From Octopus sinensis (lineage: Eukaryota): a DNA stretch of 64,000 bases. The DNA lies in NCBI RefSeq assembly GCF_006345805.1, contig NC_043005.1, forward strand, positions 24,366,001 through 24,430,000, given 5' to 3'. Shown here one piece after another: positions 1-13,453 of the stretch (position 1 is its first letter; each line of letters starts with the position of its first letter). A model generated the notes under the pieces. The model saw only the letters and a list, made by a program, of their open reading frames with translations. It searched no databases and had not been told where the DNA came from. The translations under genes and the position numbers were made by a program.

Positions 1-391
1 TAGAAATATTTGTTAAAATTATTATTTTGGAACACTGATTAAACAGCAATGCACTTTCAAGACTTCGATTTTATGGAGTTTACGACGTTTATAATAATAT
101 TAGAGAACCAGAAATAAAATCAAAAGCGTGGACTTGGAGCAACCGTTTTCCCATGCGTCATTCTCAAAGATTTTTAAACGAAAGAACCTAAGGGTAAACG
201 TTCATTTCATATTTCAAAAAAATATTCAAGCAGTGGATATTCAAAAGAAAAGAAAGCTCAGATTGCTTGCTGTTCACTGGAAACAAGCAACTCTGAAGAC
301 TGGAAATGAGATCCTTTCAGTTATAAATTTTGAAAGAATACTCTACATTTGTAATGAGTTCTGTATTTTATCGCTTTTGGTAAATCAAAAT

Positions 392-425
392 ACACACACA
401 ACACACACACATACACACACACACA

Positions 426-487
<62 letters not shown>
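392..487. repeat. (CA)n microsatellite
   Basis: Near-pure CA run; source of the poly-TH / poly-CV ORFs. Confidence 0.97.
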
Positions 488-488
<1 letters not shown>

Positions 489-871
489 GTTTGAAAACGC
501 CACTATATAAGATAAATTATATTTTTCTTAGAGATTTTGCATGTTTCGCTTCTTAGAAAAAGGAGCCTTAACAAAAATATTTTTAAAAGTTAAGTGTTAT
601 AAAAAAGTTCATAATTGTTTCTAACTAGTCTCAACAGAGTCCACGAGGTGGTATTTTGCGGGAGTGGGGAGCAAAATGGCTGTCTTTTGTGTCGACTAGA
701 ATCGTTGGGTGTAATCGTGAGCCAACGATGCAGCACGGAATTTTGTCAGTGAACAGGTCGCGATCTCAAAGCGACGAAAATATTTTGACAAATTAAATTT
801 AAATGTTGAAATGAAAAATAACGGATTTTGTGTGATTCTTAAATGGCATATAAACACCTTCCACGTTGCAA

Positions 872-877
<6 letters not shown>

Positions 878-932
<55 letters not shown>

Positions 933-978
933 TATATATATTATATATATATATATATTATATATATATATATCTATA

Positions 979-1016
<38 letters not shown>

Positions 1017-1061
1017 ATATATATATATATATATTATATATACATGTATATATATATATAG

Positions 1062-1113
<52 letters not shown>

Positions 1114-1152
1114 ATATTAATATATATATATATAATATATATATATGTATAT
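878..1152. repeat. (TA)n microsatellite, interrupted
   Basis: About 270 bp of TA repeats; source of the poly-YI ORFs. Confidence 0.97.
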
Positions 1153-1560
1153 ACATATGCATTTTGCTCAACGTTCAGCCAATGCCATATGGCGGGATTT
1201 GAACTTTCCATTGTTAACAGTGAGAACAAATACAATAAATTTATTTTGCATGACATTCTCATGTTTCTAGCAACCCATTGCATTTCTTGGACTCTTTCTA
1301 CTGTGTATAACAGTCCCTAAGTTGTTTATATTAGTTATGAACTATTTAAGAGTAAGAAGAACAACTATTTGTCATAGGCTGTTGTCTTACTGCATATTCA
1401 TCTTAGTATCTTTCTAAATCTTTTTACCGCTACACAATAAAAGATTTTGAATTCAACGTCACGTATTTCAGATTTTCACTGTTTACTAAGAATGTCCGTT
1501 TCTGTCAAAGTCCACCTGCCCGCTCACTACACTCACAAGGATTAGTAGAATATGTACATA

Positions 1561-1629
1561 TATGTGTGTGCGTGTGTGTTTGTGTGTTGTGTGTGTGTGT
1601 GTTTCTGTGTGTGTGTGTGTGTGTGTGTG

Positions 1630-1664
<35 letters not shown>

Positions 1665-1990
1665 TGTGTATTTACACACGCGCGCGCGCACTCCGAAACA
1701 AAAAGCAAAAATTCTAAAATAAACATCTGTGTGAAAAATAGCAGAATATCAAATTTGAAAAGTATGTGTGCATGTGCGCGTATATATATATGTATATATA
1801 CATATATATTTATACATTTATAAATATACATACAGACATACACAAACATGCACACAAACATACATACATCCATACATACATACATACATACATACATACA
1901 TACATACATACATGCATGCATACATACATACATACATACATACATACATACAACATACATACATACATACATACATACATACATGCATGC
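1561..1990. repeat. Compound (TG)n / (TA)n / (TACA)n microsatellite
   Basis: Direct reading of the sequence. Confidence 0.93.
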
Positions 1991-2004
1991 ATAAAAGCAC
2001 ATTC

Positions 2005-2194
2005 ATTCACAGAGGTCAGCTGTCCTGCTGATGAGAATATCTCTCTGAAAATCAAAGAGAAAGAAGATAATTATGGCCAACTGCTTGGACACTTCCAGTT
2101 CCTATATCCGGATTACAGATTTACATTTATACCAATAATAATTGGAGCACTTGATTTTGTTAGAAACCAGCTCTTCTTCAAAGAAAGAATCTAG
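2005..2194 (+). pseudogene. Relic of restriction-like endonuclease (RLE) C-terminus of an R4/Dong-type non-LTR retrotransposon
   Basis: Translates FTEVSCPADENISLKIKEKEDNYGQLLGHFQFLYPDYRFTFIPIIIGALDFV, matching the EVSCP..N...K..EK..KY / PIIIGALG pattern of RLE domains. Confidence 0.8.
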
Positions 2195-2257
2195 AACAGA
2201 TATATAAAAAAAAACATACATACATACATACATACATACATACATGCATACATACAA

Positions 2258-2634
2258 TGGTGGAATGTACTAGTGAAGACCTCAATAAAATGTAAGCACA
2301 AAAGACCTGATATAATGATTTGGGATAAAGAAGAGAAACTGCACAGTTGTGGAAATTAGCTGTCCAGCAAATGTTAACATAAAGCTGAAGATCAGTGAAA
2401 AAGAGAATATGTTGAACTATTGAGAAATTTGAAGTTACTCTATTCAGATTACAAGTTCAGGTTTATACTTGTAATTATTGGGACCCTGGTATATGTAACA
2501 CACTGCGCAAATACCAATCTTGAGAAATTAGGCTTCTCAAAACCAGAAAGGAGAAAGCTAATTCGAAACTACAGATTTAATCCATCACTAGAACTCTAAA
2601 AATTTGTAAAACTTTCCAGAAGTTTATCATTTAA
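2258..2634 (+). pseudogene. Second, diverged RLE C-terminal relic of an R4/Dong-type element
   Basis: With frameshifts reads WWNVLVKTSIKCKHKRPDIMIWDKEEK..VVEISCPANVNIKLKISEKEN..LLRNLKLLYSDYKFRFI.VIIGTL..LEKLGFSKPERRKLI (PD..E..K motif). Confidence 0.8.
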
Positions 2635-2827
2635 ATATATATGAGCATGTCTAGATATGGAAGTACATGCATGAGAATACATACATAAACCATACAAATC
2701 TGCACATACATACATACATACATACATACATACATACATACATACATACATACATACATACATACATACATACAAACGCACATACATACATATATACATA
2801 CGTATACATACATACACGCACATATTG

Positions 2828-2938
2828 TTTCGGCTCAGTTTTACTGCGCGGCACCTTGAGAAAGTGACTTCAACAATAGTCACGGGTCGACCAAAGACTT
2901 GTGAGTGGATTTGGTAGACGGAAACTGAAAGAATCCCG
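2828..2938 (+). mobile_element. Truncated tRNA-derived SINE (family of 5545-6012)
   Basis: Shares ggcacctt..ggtcgaccaaagacttgtgagtggatttggtagacggaaactgaaagaa with the full-length copies. Confidence 0.85.
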
Positions 2939-3085
2939 TTATATATATATATACTTTATTAGTAAAGCTGCAAAGACATTACAAAAACTGTTTCACGTTC
3001 CCGTTCGTCGAACATTTATACCACAACTGTCCGACAAACAGATTTTGTGACGTCTTTGCAGCTGTGTATGTATGTATATATATAT

Positions 3086-3765
3086 AGTTGGAATTTACTA
3101 AAAACAAAAGACGAAGACAGGTGTGTAAACAACAAGCAGGTGTATTAATTTATAGCTTGCGAAGGTGAGAAAGTCTTTTACGCTTCGAGCCTACGCTCTT
3201 CAATAGAGAGGGACACGAGAAAATAAACACAGTGAAAATAAAAAAGGAAAACTTTAGTAGCTAGCAGTCAATCATAGTGATACATGCATACATATACATA
3301 CATACATACATATATACACACCAACCCCATACATACGCACGTCCAGACCAATCCTACGCACTAATACTCTCTCATACACACACACACCCTTATACATACT
3401 AATACATACACCAACCCTATACATACACACGTCCAGACCCCTCCTACGCACTATTAGCTGGTCCTTCAACCCTATTATCAACCCTATTATCTCCCCTTAT
3501 TTCGCTCTCGCGTCTCATGTTTGATCTTTGACCTCTGGCCGAAATCAAATCGCCATGTGTTGATTCGTTAGCTACTGCACGCATTTTTTTTCTCCTTCTT
3601 TCTGTGTTTTTTTTCTCTATGTGTATCTTTCTGTTGAAGAGCATAGGCTCGAAACGTTAAAGACTTGTTTTATTTATATTTCCTGAGCGCCATACTAATA
3701 CAATTGTTCGTTTGTTTTCCACCTGGCCTTCGTCTTTTGTCTATTTTCATATAGCTTCCCGTTAT
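3086..3765. mobile_element. Non-autonomous PLE-derived fold-back element (inverted pLTR-like arms, each with a degenerate HHR motif)
   Basis: 3086-3270 is a diverged reverse complement of 3580-3765. Both arms carry (c)tgttga-a-gagc-N4-gctc-gaaac-gt (3173-3210 minus, 3626-3663 plus). TA runs flank the element. Confidence 0.65.
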
Positions 3766-3805
3766 ATACATACATACATACATACATACATACATACATA
3801 AATAC

Positions 3806-3836
<31 letters not shown>

Positions 3837-3979
3837 CATACATATACATATATATAATATATACATACATATATATATAGATATGCCATACATATATATA
3901 TACATACATATATATATTACATATATATATACATACAGTATATATATTATATATATACATACATACATACATACATACA

Positions 3980-4028
<49 letters not shown>

Positions 4029-4108
4029 TATGTATGTATGGATGTATATATATATATATATGTATGTATATATATATGGATATATATATATATGTATATA
4101 TATATATA

Positions 4109-4303
4109 GGTCGTGCTGAATTTTATTTTTATTTGAGAACATAATCCTTGTGGAGAATGGCGATTTGACGTCTATATGTAGCATGTTGACTGTCCACCTT
4201 TTCGTGTTCAGTCCTAATTGGTATATAAATATTTTAATCTTCGGATTTTTTTAATGTGCTAGACCACTGGTTTTAATTGACTAATATCAATTCTACCCTT
4301 AAT
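4109..4303 (+). mobile_element. Dispersed repeat; same family as 12964-13082 (minus) and 13222-13420 (plus), probably PLE-derived
   Basis: Near-identical ggtcgtgctgaattttatttttatttgagaac...ctacccttaatt in three places, each beside TA runs. Confidence 0.8.
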
Positions 4304-4875
4304 TTTTAAATTTATATATATATATATATATATTCCAAGAAAGTTAGAAGTTGTGAATCCAACCAACTAAGGGATAATATCTATCCAATATACTGTTGCT
4401 AGAATACCCAGTTATTAATAAACAAGTGTTTCTATTGCATTGCAGTTACATTACCGAGTGTACTAAATGGGTGAGGATAAAGAGATATTTTACCATTAAT
4501 TTACAAAGCAATAAGAAAATGGAGGCGATCAATAGGTGGTTCATCTACTTTCGAAATTATATTATGTCAGTTTACTTATTTATTTATTAAAATGACAATT
4601 ACAAGAATATACATACATGCATAACATATTATGCTTTACATATAAAATATATTAGTATATAAAGATACCAGTAATCATTAAAATATTCCTGTATGTTATA
4701 TTTTAATAATTACTGGTATCTTTATATATTAATATATTTTATATGTAAAGCAAAATACGTTATACATGTATGCATATTCTACTAATTGTCATTTTAGTAA
4801 ATAAATACATAAATTGACTTAATATAATGTCAAAAGTAGATGAACCACCTATTGATCCTCTCCATTTTCTTATTG

Positions 4876-4912
<37 letters not shown>

Positions 4913-5241
4913 ATTATATATATATATGAGGTGGAGGTGCGCATGTCTTTCTGTCTGTCCTTGCCCACCACCACTGCCTGACAATCAATACTGGTGTGTT
5001 TACGTCTTCGCAACTTAGAAGTTCGCCAAAAGAAACCGATAGGAATAAGTACTTCTCTTCCATCTGTTCTTTTTCTTTGAGCCTAAACCACTGCCACACT
5101 TCCCCGCTTTGCAGGTTCATCGCTCTCAATATATCTTCCATATATATTCTCTCAGTGTTACCGTCCTGGTCTGTTATATTCTCTGCCACTCTACTACTTT
5201 TTTCCGTTTCTTCTAAAGTTGGTGACTTTTTGAAACGCTAC

Positions 5242-5287
5242 CCTGAACTGATGATGGGCAATACACAGAAACATGCATGTATTCAGG
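5242..5287 (+). ncRNA. Minimal type I hammerhead ribozyme motif
   Basis: CCTGAA-CTGATGA-TGGG(CAATA)CACA-GAAAC-ATGCAT-GTA-TTCAGG: 6-bp stem I, canonical core, palindromic stem III (ACATGCATGT), GUA cleavage triplet. Confidence 0.8.
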
Positions 5288-5299
5288 TTGCTGTTCCTA

Positions 5300-5448
5300 G
5301 CTGGTGGGGATGCTTGCTTCCCTTTGCGAATATAAGGACACAGAAAATGTGTCAAAGCCGACAGGAGTCGTTGACGTTTCCTAGGGCTATATAGCGGTGG
5401 TATAATTCCCTCTACGGGACTGTCACGTTTTGTTGACTATATAACCAC
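5300..5448. mobile_element. Partial copy of the fold-back MITE family (see 16541-16786, 21191-21464)
   Basis: Shares aaatgtgtcaa.gccgacagga, ctagggcta.atagc.gt, ggactgtcac and the terminal cactttatcg. Confidence 0.6.
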
Positions 5449-5511
5449 TTTATCGCTCCACCACCGCTCATGTCTCGTTGAGACATTTAGAAATTCATTT
5501 TTTCAAATTAT

Positions 5512-5544
<33 letters not shown>

Positions 5545-5753
5545 GGTACAAGCGTGTATAAGTGGTAAGTAGCTTCCTTCCCAACCACATGGTTCCGGGT
5601 TCAGTCCCACTGCGTGGCACCTTGGTCAAGTGTCTTCTACTATAGCCTCGGACCGACCAAAGCCGTGTGAGTGAATTTGGTAGACGGAAACTGAAAGAAG
5701 CCCGTCATATATATATATATATGCGTGTGTGTGTGTGTGTGGTGTGTGTGTGT

Positions 5754-5797
<44 letters not shown>

Positions 5798-6012
5798 TGT
5801 GTGTGTGTCTGTGTTTGTCCCTCCGCCATCACTTGACAATCGATGTTGGTGTGTTGACGTGCCTGAAACTTAGCGATTCGGCAAAAGAGACCGATAGAAT
5901 ATGTATTGGGCTTACAAAGAATAAGTCCTGGGGTCGATTTGTTCGACTAAATCTCCTTAAGGTGGTGCTCCAGCATAGTCCGCAGTCAAAATAATCGAAA
6001 CAAATAAAAGAA
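5545..6012 (+). mobile_element. Full-length tRNA-derived SINE with internal (TA)/(TG) microsatellite
   Basis: A-box-like agtggtaag, B-box-like ggttcagtccc, conserved body, 3' aaataaaagaat tail; at least 5 homologous copies in the window. Confidence 0.92.
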
Positions 6013-7280
6013 TGAAAAAATCATATGTCGCTAAATATATATAGGAAGAGGTCTCGGTCAATATCTCCATCAAATTTGAAGAATTCTTATTGATAAATTT
6101 ATGTCTTCCTGTTCAAGGAAAATTAATATTTTTTTTCTCTTCTCATATCGCAGTCTCCTACCTCTTGTGGATTTATTTCTTTTCTTCTATCTCTTTCTTT
6201 CTCTCCTACTTTTCCACTTCTTTTTTATTGATGAAAAGTAAATAATTCTTATCACTGTATTTTCAGTTTCACCATCGAACTTCCACTTGTAGCTCTTGCG
6301 TATGCACAGACATACATAGACATAAATATTTATTCGCATATACAAATACATATAGATATATACACACACGCATACATAAATACTTACATATACATATACA
6401 TATACATATATATACATGCATACGCACACACACAAAACGCCATAAACACACACACATTTTTCTTAAGCATTGCGATACTAATAACCTGGTGTTAGAACAC
6501 TAGCAAACAAACTTCCGCACGAAGCATCGATCGTGTAGAGCGATAATAAGAAATTGGGACGACAAAAGGAATAAACATTTTTGAAGTTCCGATGAAGTTA
6601 AAGGGTGATACTCATATACTCATCTGTGAGTGCATTGCACCGTACAGCAGAAACAACTACAATCTACTGAAGTTCATAACATAATTGTTTTATTGATCCC
6701 GAAGAATGAAATACAGAGTTGACATCAACGGAAATTGAACTCAGTGGTTGTCGGACTCATGATCATCAGCTGTTGGCCCCCGGACCTAAATAAATTAATT
6801 TGCACATCTTCGGATCTGATATCAGAGTGTTTCTTGAAAGGGCAGATTTAAGTTTCTCCTGTTGTTACTTGATCTTTTGTTGCCTATTTTCCTTTCTCTT
6901 CCTCAGGCTTTCCAGCTTCTCAGCGTCGAAGAGTCTCAAGTGATTCTTACTGCCACTTGTAGAACACCTGTACCTTCAGTCATGATACATCCCACTTATC
7001 GCATTGGCTGTCTTTCTGCCCTTACAACGAGCTAAATTTCCGACGTGGTCATGCATACCATAGCCGATAACATATGGTCCCTGGTTATCTAGGTAATCAT
7101 GACCATGACTTGCTCATTTGTAACAAAAATTCACAATAGTCAATATCATTGGCAACGTCTCTGACTCTTGCTCTTGTAATCTGCAGCCCCGTTTATTACA
7201 GCACTATGAGTTTATGAATTATTGTGTAATGCACCAGTTCAGCTTGTAGATTCGTCTTGTTCTCAATCGAAGATTAGGTG

Positions 7281-7326
<46 letters not shown>

Positions 7327-7889
7327 CCCATAAGTATCTTTTTCTATCAATACAAACTACACTATCCCACATAACAAACAGGATTGCTTTCAGCTGTTCC
7401 ATTGAAAGCATACTGAAAACCTTCCCGTTCTTCGGTAGGCAGACATATGTTGCTTTTCCTTTGCTTTCTTTTTGGTGGAATCGTCATGTAAGAAAGCAAA
7501 AAAATTTGTGATATATCTGTTAAATATTTCCTTTTTATTGTGAATCATATTTTCGAAGGTATCTGAGGCAACAGAATAATTGTGTTTCTTACAATCTTGT
7601 TTACTGTTCACAATTTGTGTGGCCTATATTTTGTCTGTGTAATGCAGAAGTATTTGCTTGTTGAAGTGTCATCCTTTTTCTCAACGTTTGTCAAATTTGC
7701 AATTAAATTTCTAGTTCATATTTACAAAAACGTTCAAAAACCCGTCACGTGTTCTGTAGGTCACGTATTCAGCAGACGTCGTACCACAAAACATAATGTT
7801 AGACAAGTCAGCTAGTGTTTCTAAAATAAAACAAATGTGTTCAACGAAAAATCTCATTTTTACGACAAAATTACGAAATAATAAAAGTA

Positions 7890-8759
7890 GGAGGTGTAGT
7901 CAAAAAGTATCCGACCTTTGGTCAAAAAACAAGTAATATTAAAAAAAGCCTCGCCATTTTGATTCAGGCTACTTCAAAGTATTCGCCTTGGGAGTCTACG
8001 CATTTCTACCAGAGATTTTGCCACTGCTGCATACACTTCTAGAAATCACTTTTTGGATGCTGTAAAGCTGTGACATCGAATTTTGCTTAATGTCCTCTGT
8101 TGACTCAAATCTTCTCCCTTTGGGTGTTTTTTTTCTTTGAGCATTGGGAATTGGCAAAAGTCACATGGAGCCAAGTCTGGGGAGTAGGAAGCCCGACGAA
8201 CAAGTGGTGTGTTTTGCTTGACAAGGAATGCTTAGACAACTTAGGCGGAATGAACTGACTCATGGCTGATTCCACCATCAGAGACAATCTCTTTAATAAT
8301 CACGCGATGGTCTTCTTTGAGCTTTTGCAATCATTTCGTCGTTTCTGTTTCTCGATGGTCTGTCACAACGTGGCTCACTGTCCACTGAGGTGTGCCATTT
8401 TTGAACTGGTTGTATCACTCCTTTATTTCTGTTTTCCCATAGCCTCACCTCCAAAGACTTTCTGAATCTTCTCAATAAACTGGGCTTGCGTATCGCCAGG
8501 TTTTCGGTAGAATTTGATACAGTATCTTTGCTCAATGCGCTCGGTCATCTTGACTCAGAAAGAAAATCGCACGACACACTCTTCACGCCTGTACTCAACG
8601 CGTCACTGCCGGCGAATGACGCAACCTACAGGCATGAAAATGTTTTCACATGTTTAGGAAGGAGGCAGCGACCTAATACCATGCGGATTTTGCTCGCGCC
8701 TTATTACTTTTTATTTTGCGCAAAAAAATCAAGGTCGGATATATTTTTACTACACCTCA
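7890..8759 (-). mobile_element. Internally deleted mariner (DD34D-type) transposon
   Basis: TIRs gaggtgtagtcaaaaagtatccgacctt and aaggtcggatatatttttactacacctc with TA flanks. Minus strand encodes a frameshifted (PY)SPDLAPCDFWQFP..K..QREKI..KCVDSQGEYFE. Confidence 0.85.
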
Positions 8760-8775
8760 TATATAATTTTGTTTG

Positions 8776-8780
8776 TGTGT

Positions 8781-8836
<56 letters not shown>

Positions 8837-8845
8837 TAGATAGAT

Positions 8846-8889
<44 letters not shown>

Positions 8890-8890
8890 C

Positions 8891-8985
<95 letters not shown>
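8776..8985. repeat. (TA)n followed by (GATA)n microsatellite
   Basis: Direct reading of the sequence. Confidence 0.95.
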
Positions 8986-9804
<819 letters not shown>

Positions 9805-9901
9805 TTCATAGATGAGATCCAGATGTTCTCCATATAGAACACAGTAGTACTCTAGACTTAAAGTTTAAATCTCTTGAACACTACTAAGTATGTGTGTGTC
9901 T

Positions 9902-9933
<32 letters not shown>

Positions 9934-10133
9934 ACAGTGTATGTGTGTCTATATGCATTTATATGTAAGAGGGTAATTAGTAATTTATATTGAAAGAGTA
10001 ATCAATATTTGTGCTTAGTTAAGGAATGAGTTTTAAGGGCTTAAACTGCAAACCAAGGGCCACCACCAGGTGATGATCCTTCAGATATTATGCGAAACTT
10101 ATTGAAAATATCAGTGGAGGTGTTGCAATTCAT

Positions 10134-10259
10134 GTAACCCAGAGACTTGTCGTAACCCAGAGACTTGTCGTTACCCAAATACTTATCGTAACCCAGAGAC
10201 TTATCGTAACCCAGAGACTTATCGTAACCCAGAGACTTATCGTAACCCAGAGATTTGTC
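10134..10259. repeat. 18-bp minisatellite, 7 copies (gtaacccagagacttatc)
   Basis: Units start at 10134, 10152, 10170, 10188, 10206, 10224 and 10242. Confidence 0.95.
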
Positions 10260-10279
10260 TACCTTAATCCGATCTGAAT

Positions 10280-10690
10280 CTGATCAATAAAAGCGCAATT
10301 GAAAACTAAGGGAGGAAGAAGGACAAAAGCATCGCTTGGAATGACTATCAGAAGGCTTTTCAGAGTGTCTCGTTCGCGTGAATCTTGTGTAGGTTAACCA
10401 TTTGTAAGGTACTCCCAAGAAAAACAGATACATCAAATATGTCTTGAACAAATAGTAAACAATTCTGTAGATTCAACCAAAAGGAGGAATTATTAAATTA
10501 ATATCGTCTTTATGGGAAGAGAAATATCCTACAGGTGTTCCTTCTGGCAATCTTTTTCTTTCTGGTGTTAATACATTTAATCAAAACAGAATCCGGAACC
10601 AAAATTTGTCGGGGGAAAAATCAATTATGTTTTGTATACAGATGAGCTCGAGCTGTATGTTGCAGACGATAAATAACGGGGGGGGGGGAA
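10280..10690 (+). pseudogene. Highly decayed RT relic of an R4/Dong-type element
   Basis: Recognisable pieces: LINKSAIEN, SIAWNDYQKAF (cf. AWIDYKKAFDS), INYVLYTDELELY (cf. HLFYMDDLKLY). Confidence 0.55.
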
Positions 10691-11042
10691 CTGCTACGTA
10701 CAATAACACGGTTTTGTTAATAGAATTGATTTGAGAATCTGTTTACGAAACACGCGCGCGCACACTCACACACACACACACACACAAAAGCCAAATATCA
10801 ATGTAGGAGAATTAATAAAAAACATCGAATAACATAAAATACTTAAAAAAGAACGGACGTAACCGAAGTAGACCAAAATGAGACATTTATACTTAAGAAT
10901 TAATGAAGTAGATAGAGTACTACAAGGCAAACAAAAGAAAAGATTAGCAAGAGTTAATACAAACGCATCAGATTAATGCTTAAAACGGCTAATGACAAAA
11001 AGTACAGGAAAATTTAGTTGTTCAGTTAGGAAGACACAGACC

Positions 11043-11086
11043 GTGTGTGTGTGTGTGTGTGTGTGTGCGTGTGTGTGTGTGTGTGC

Positions 11087-11133
<47 letters not shown>

Positions 11134-11339
11134 CGTGTGTGTGTGTGTATGTGTGTGTGTGCGCTTGTGTGTGTGTGCGTGTGTGTGTGAGTGTGTGCGT
11201 GTGTGTGTGTATGTGTGCGTGTGTGTGTGCGTGTGTGTATGCGTGTGTGTGTGTGCATATGTGTGCGTGTGTGTGTATGTGTATGTGCGTGTGTGTGTGT
11301 GTGTGCGTGTGTGTGTGTGTGTATGTGCGTGTGTGTGTG

Positions 11340-11404
<65 letters not shown>

Positions 11405-11423
11405 GTGTGTGTGTGTGTGTGTG
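11043..11423. repeat. 380-bp (TG)n/(TGCG)n alternating purine-pyrimidine tract
   Basis: Direct reading of the sequence. Confidence 0.97.
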
Positions 11424-12053
11424 CTCACATATGCTTCTGTTGCGACTGTTAGGACAGTAACAAATAAGAGATCGCTAGTGCGCTGAGACAACATTGTCAG
11501 TCAAGGGAGAAGAGGTTGCTACTATGGGCAACTACTTATCTTTTTATTTTTACACAGAAAATATAAAGCTTGCATGTGCTTGTGATTTAGGATGGCACTC
11601 TCGAGATATAGATAACAAACACCCAGACTGTTTGTAACGGATGTTAAATGCTGTTGATATGTGTGTGTGTGTGTGTGTGTGTGTGTTTGTGTTTGTAATT
11701 ACAAATAAAGAAAATGCAGTGAACAAGTTTTATTTCATTGATTTACAAGTGTTTCATCGACAATCGATGTCATGAGCGTAGCTACATGAAGCAGCTATTG
11801 ACAGACGAGGTGTCATAGGCATAAACTCGAAGATCATTTCTTCTGAATCATGCGTAAAAGTTATCTGCAACGTTTTTGTTTTGTTTATTTTTTGGGTGGG
11901 GGGCGGTTTGTGAATTTCCAGACACGTTTGATATAACAAGCAATCTCCGGGTTACTATCAGTCAGACAGCATGAATGCGTGGAGAGGCTTAAGAAATTAA
12001 ACTCCAGGCGTAACGCCTCAATGAAATTATTACATATATACATACATACATAC

Positions 12054-12097
<44 letters not shown>

Positions 12098-12120
12098 CTC
12101 TATACAGGCCTCCGTATGTG

Positions 12121-12182
<62 letters not shown>

Positions 12183-12184
<2 letters not shown>

Positions 12185-12942
12185 GGGTGATTGGCAATAA
12201 CTCCTTATTTTAAAACCTATAATATATTTATTACTATAATTTTTAGAAAAATAAATATGTATAGCATGGAGGTCTATTTAAAATTCGATGTAGGTATCAA
12301 CATTCACCACTAGCTTGAGAAGCCGTCTGGGAACCACATCAACTGATTTTTACAGAAACTCTTGTGGTATGAAAGACATAATGTCTCGTATTCGTCCTTC
12401 AATTTTATTCCAAAGTCTTTGGTTTGGTAGACTTACCCGTTTAACCAACTCTATAGAAAAAAGTCGCAGTGTTAAATCAGAGCTTCTAACCGGCCAATCA
12501 TGTGGACCTCAATGTTCCATTCATCTCCTAGGAAAGTGAGTTTTAAGCCATTCACGAACAACAATAGCAAAATGTGGAGGAGCGCCATCTTGCATAAAAA
12601 TAAAATCTTTAATATTCTCCCAAGTACTGATAACTGGCCAGATTTCATATTGCAGCGTAGTGAGGTACCTTTCAGCATTCATAGTATTACAAAGGATGAA
12701 AGGACCCACAATCCTGTCTGAAGTCATTCCAGACCATACCGTTACCTTGGGTCAAGATCAGAGCATGTTTGTAAGGTTTCTAAAATTCAAGCAAAATAAA
12801 CGATCAGAAAAAAAACAACAACATAGAATCAATTAAATCAATTAATCATTAAAGAACATAAACAACAAATTTGAGAAAATAATTATAGTTAATAAATAGA
12901 TTATAAGTATTTTAAAATAGGGAGTTACTTTCAATCACCCAA
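12183..12942 (-). mobile_element. Internally deleted rosa-like (DD41D) Tc1/mariner transposon
   Basis: TIRs gggtgattg..ataactcc.tattttaaaa inside TA runs. Minus strand reads FMQDGAPPH...GPHDWPVRSSDLT(P)CDFFL, giving 41 residues between the 2nd and 3rd Asp after repairing stops and one frameshift. Confidence 0.8.
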
Positions 12943-12963
12943 TATATATATATATATATATAT

Positions 12964-13420
12964 ATACCAATTAAGGACTGAACACGAAAAGGTGGACAGT
13001 CAACATGCTAGATATAGACGTCAAATCGCCATTCTCCACAAGGATTATGTTCTCAAATAAAAATAAAATTCAGCACGACCTATTCACCTAGTACAGCATA
13101 TTATGCTCATAACAAACTACGCTGATGAAGCTACAGATATCCTTGTGATATTAATAGCTGAAACTGCAGTACGTAGGTAATTATTCCACTTAGTATTTTT
13201 CTTTTGTCTCATCCATTGCTTTAGGTCGTGCTGAATTTTATTTTTATTTGAGAACATACCGTTGGGAGAATGGCGATTTGACGTCTATATCTAGGATGTT
13301 GACTGTCCACCTTTTCGTGTTCAGTCCTTAATTGGTATATATAAATATTTTAATCTTCGGATTCTTTTTAATGTGCTAGACCACTGGTTTTAATTGACTA
13401 ATATCAATTTCTACCCTTAA
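12964..13420. mobile_element. PLE-type fold-back: ~120-bp inverted arms (12964-13082 / 13222-13340) around a 140-bp spacer
   Basis: Arms are near-perfect reverse complements; the spacer holds an HHR; TA runs on both sides. Confidence 0.8.
13117..13176 (+). ncRNA. Type I hammerhead ribozyme motif (best in window)
   Basis: CTACG-CTGATGA-AGCTA(ca GATATC cttgt GATATT aa)TAGCT-GAAAC-TGCA-GTA-CGTAG: all three stems pair, canonical core, palindromic stem III ACTGCAGT. Confidence 0.88.
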
Positions 13421-13422
13421 TT

Positions 13423-13449
<27 letters not shown>

Positions 13450-13453
<4 letters not shown>

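Noticed and set aside
6770-7260. Possible RTE-like LINE 3' relic (LRLFDAEKLESLRKRKENRQQ) or plus-strand exon after a pyrimidine tract
   Set aside because: Only a vague resemblance; neither reading is supported by a diagnostic motif.
7330-7760. Possible hAT BED-finger remnant (minus)
   Set aside because: Too decayed; no TIR or TSD found.
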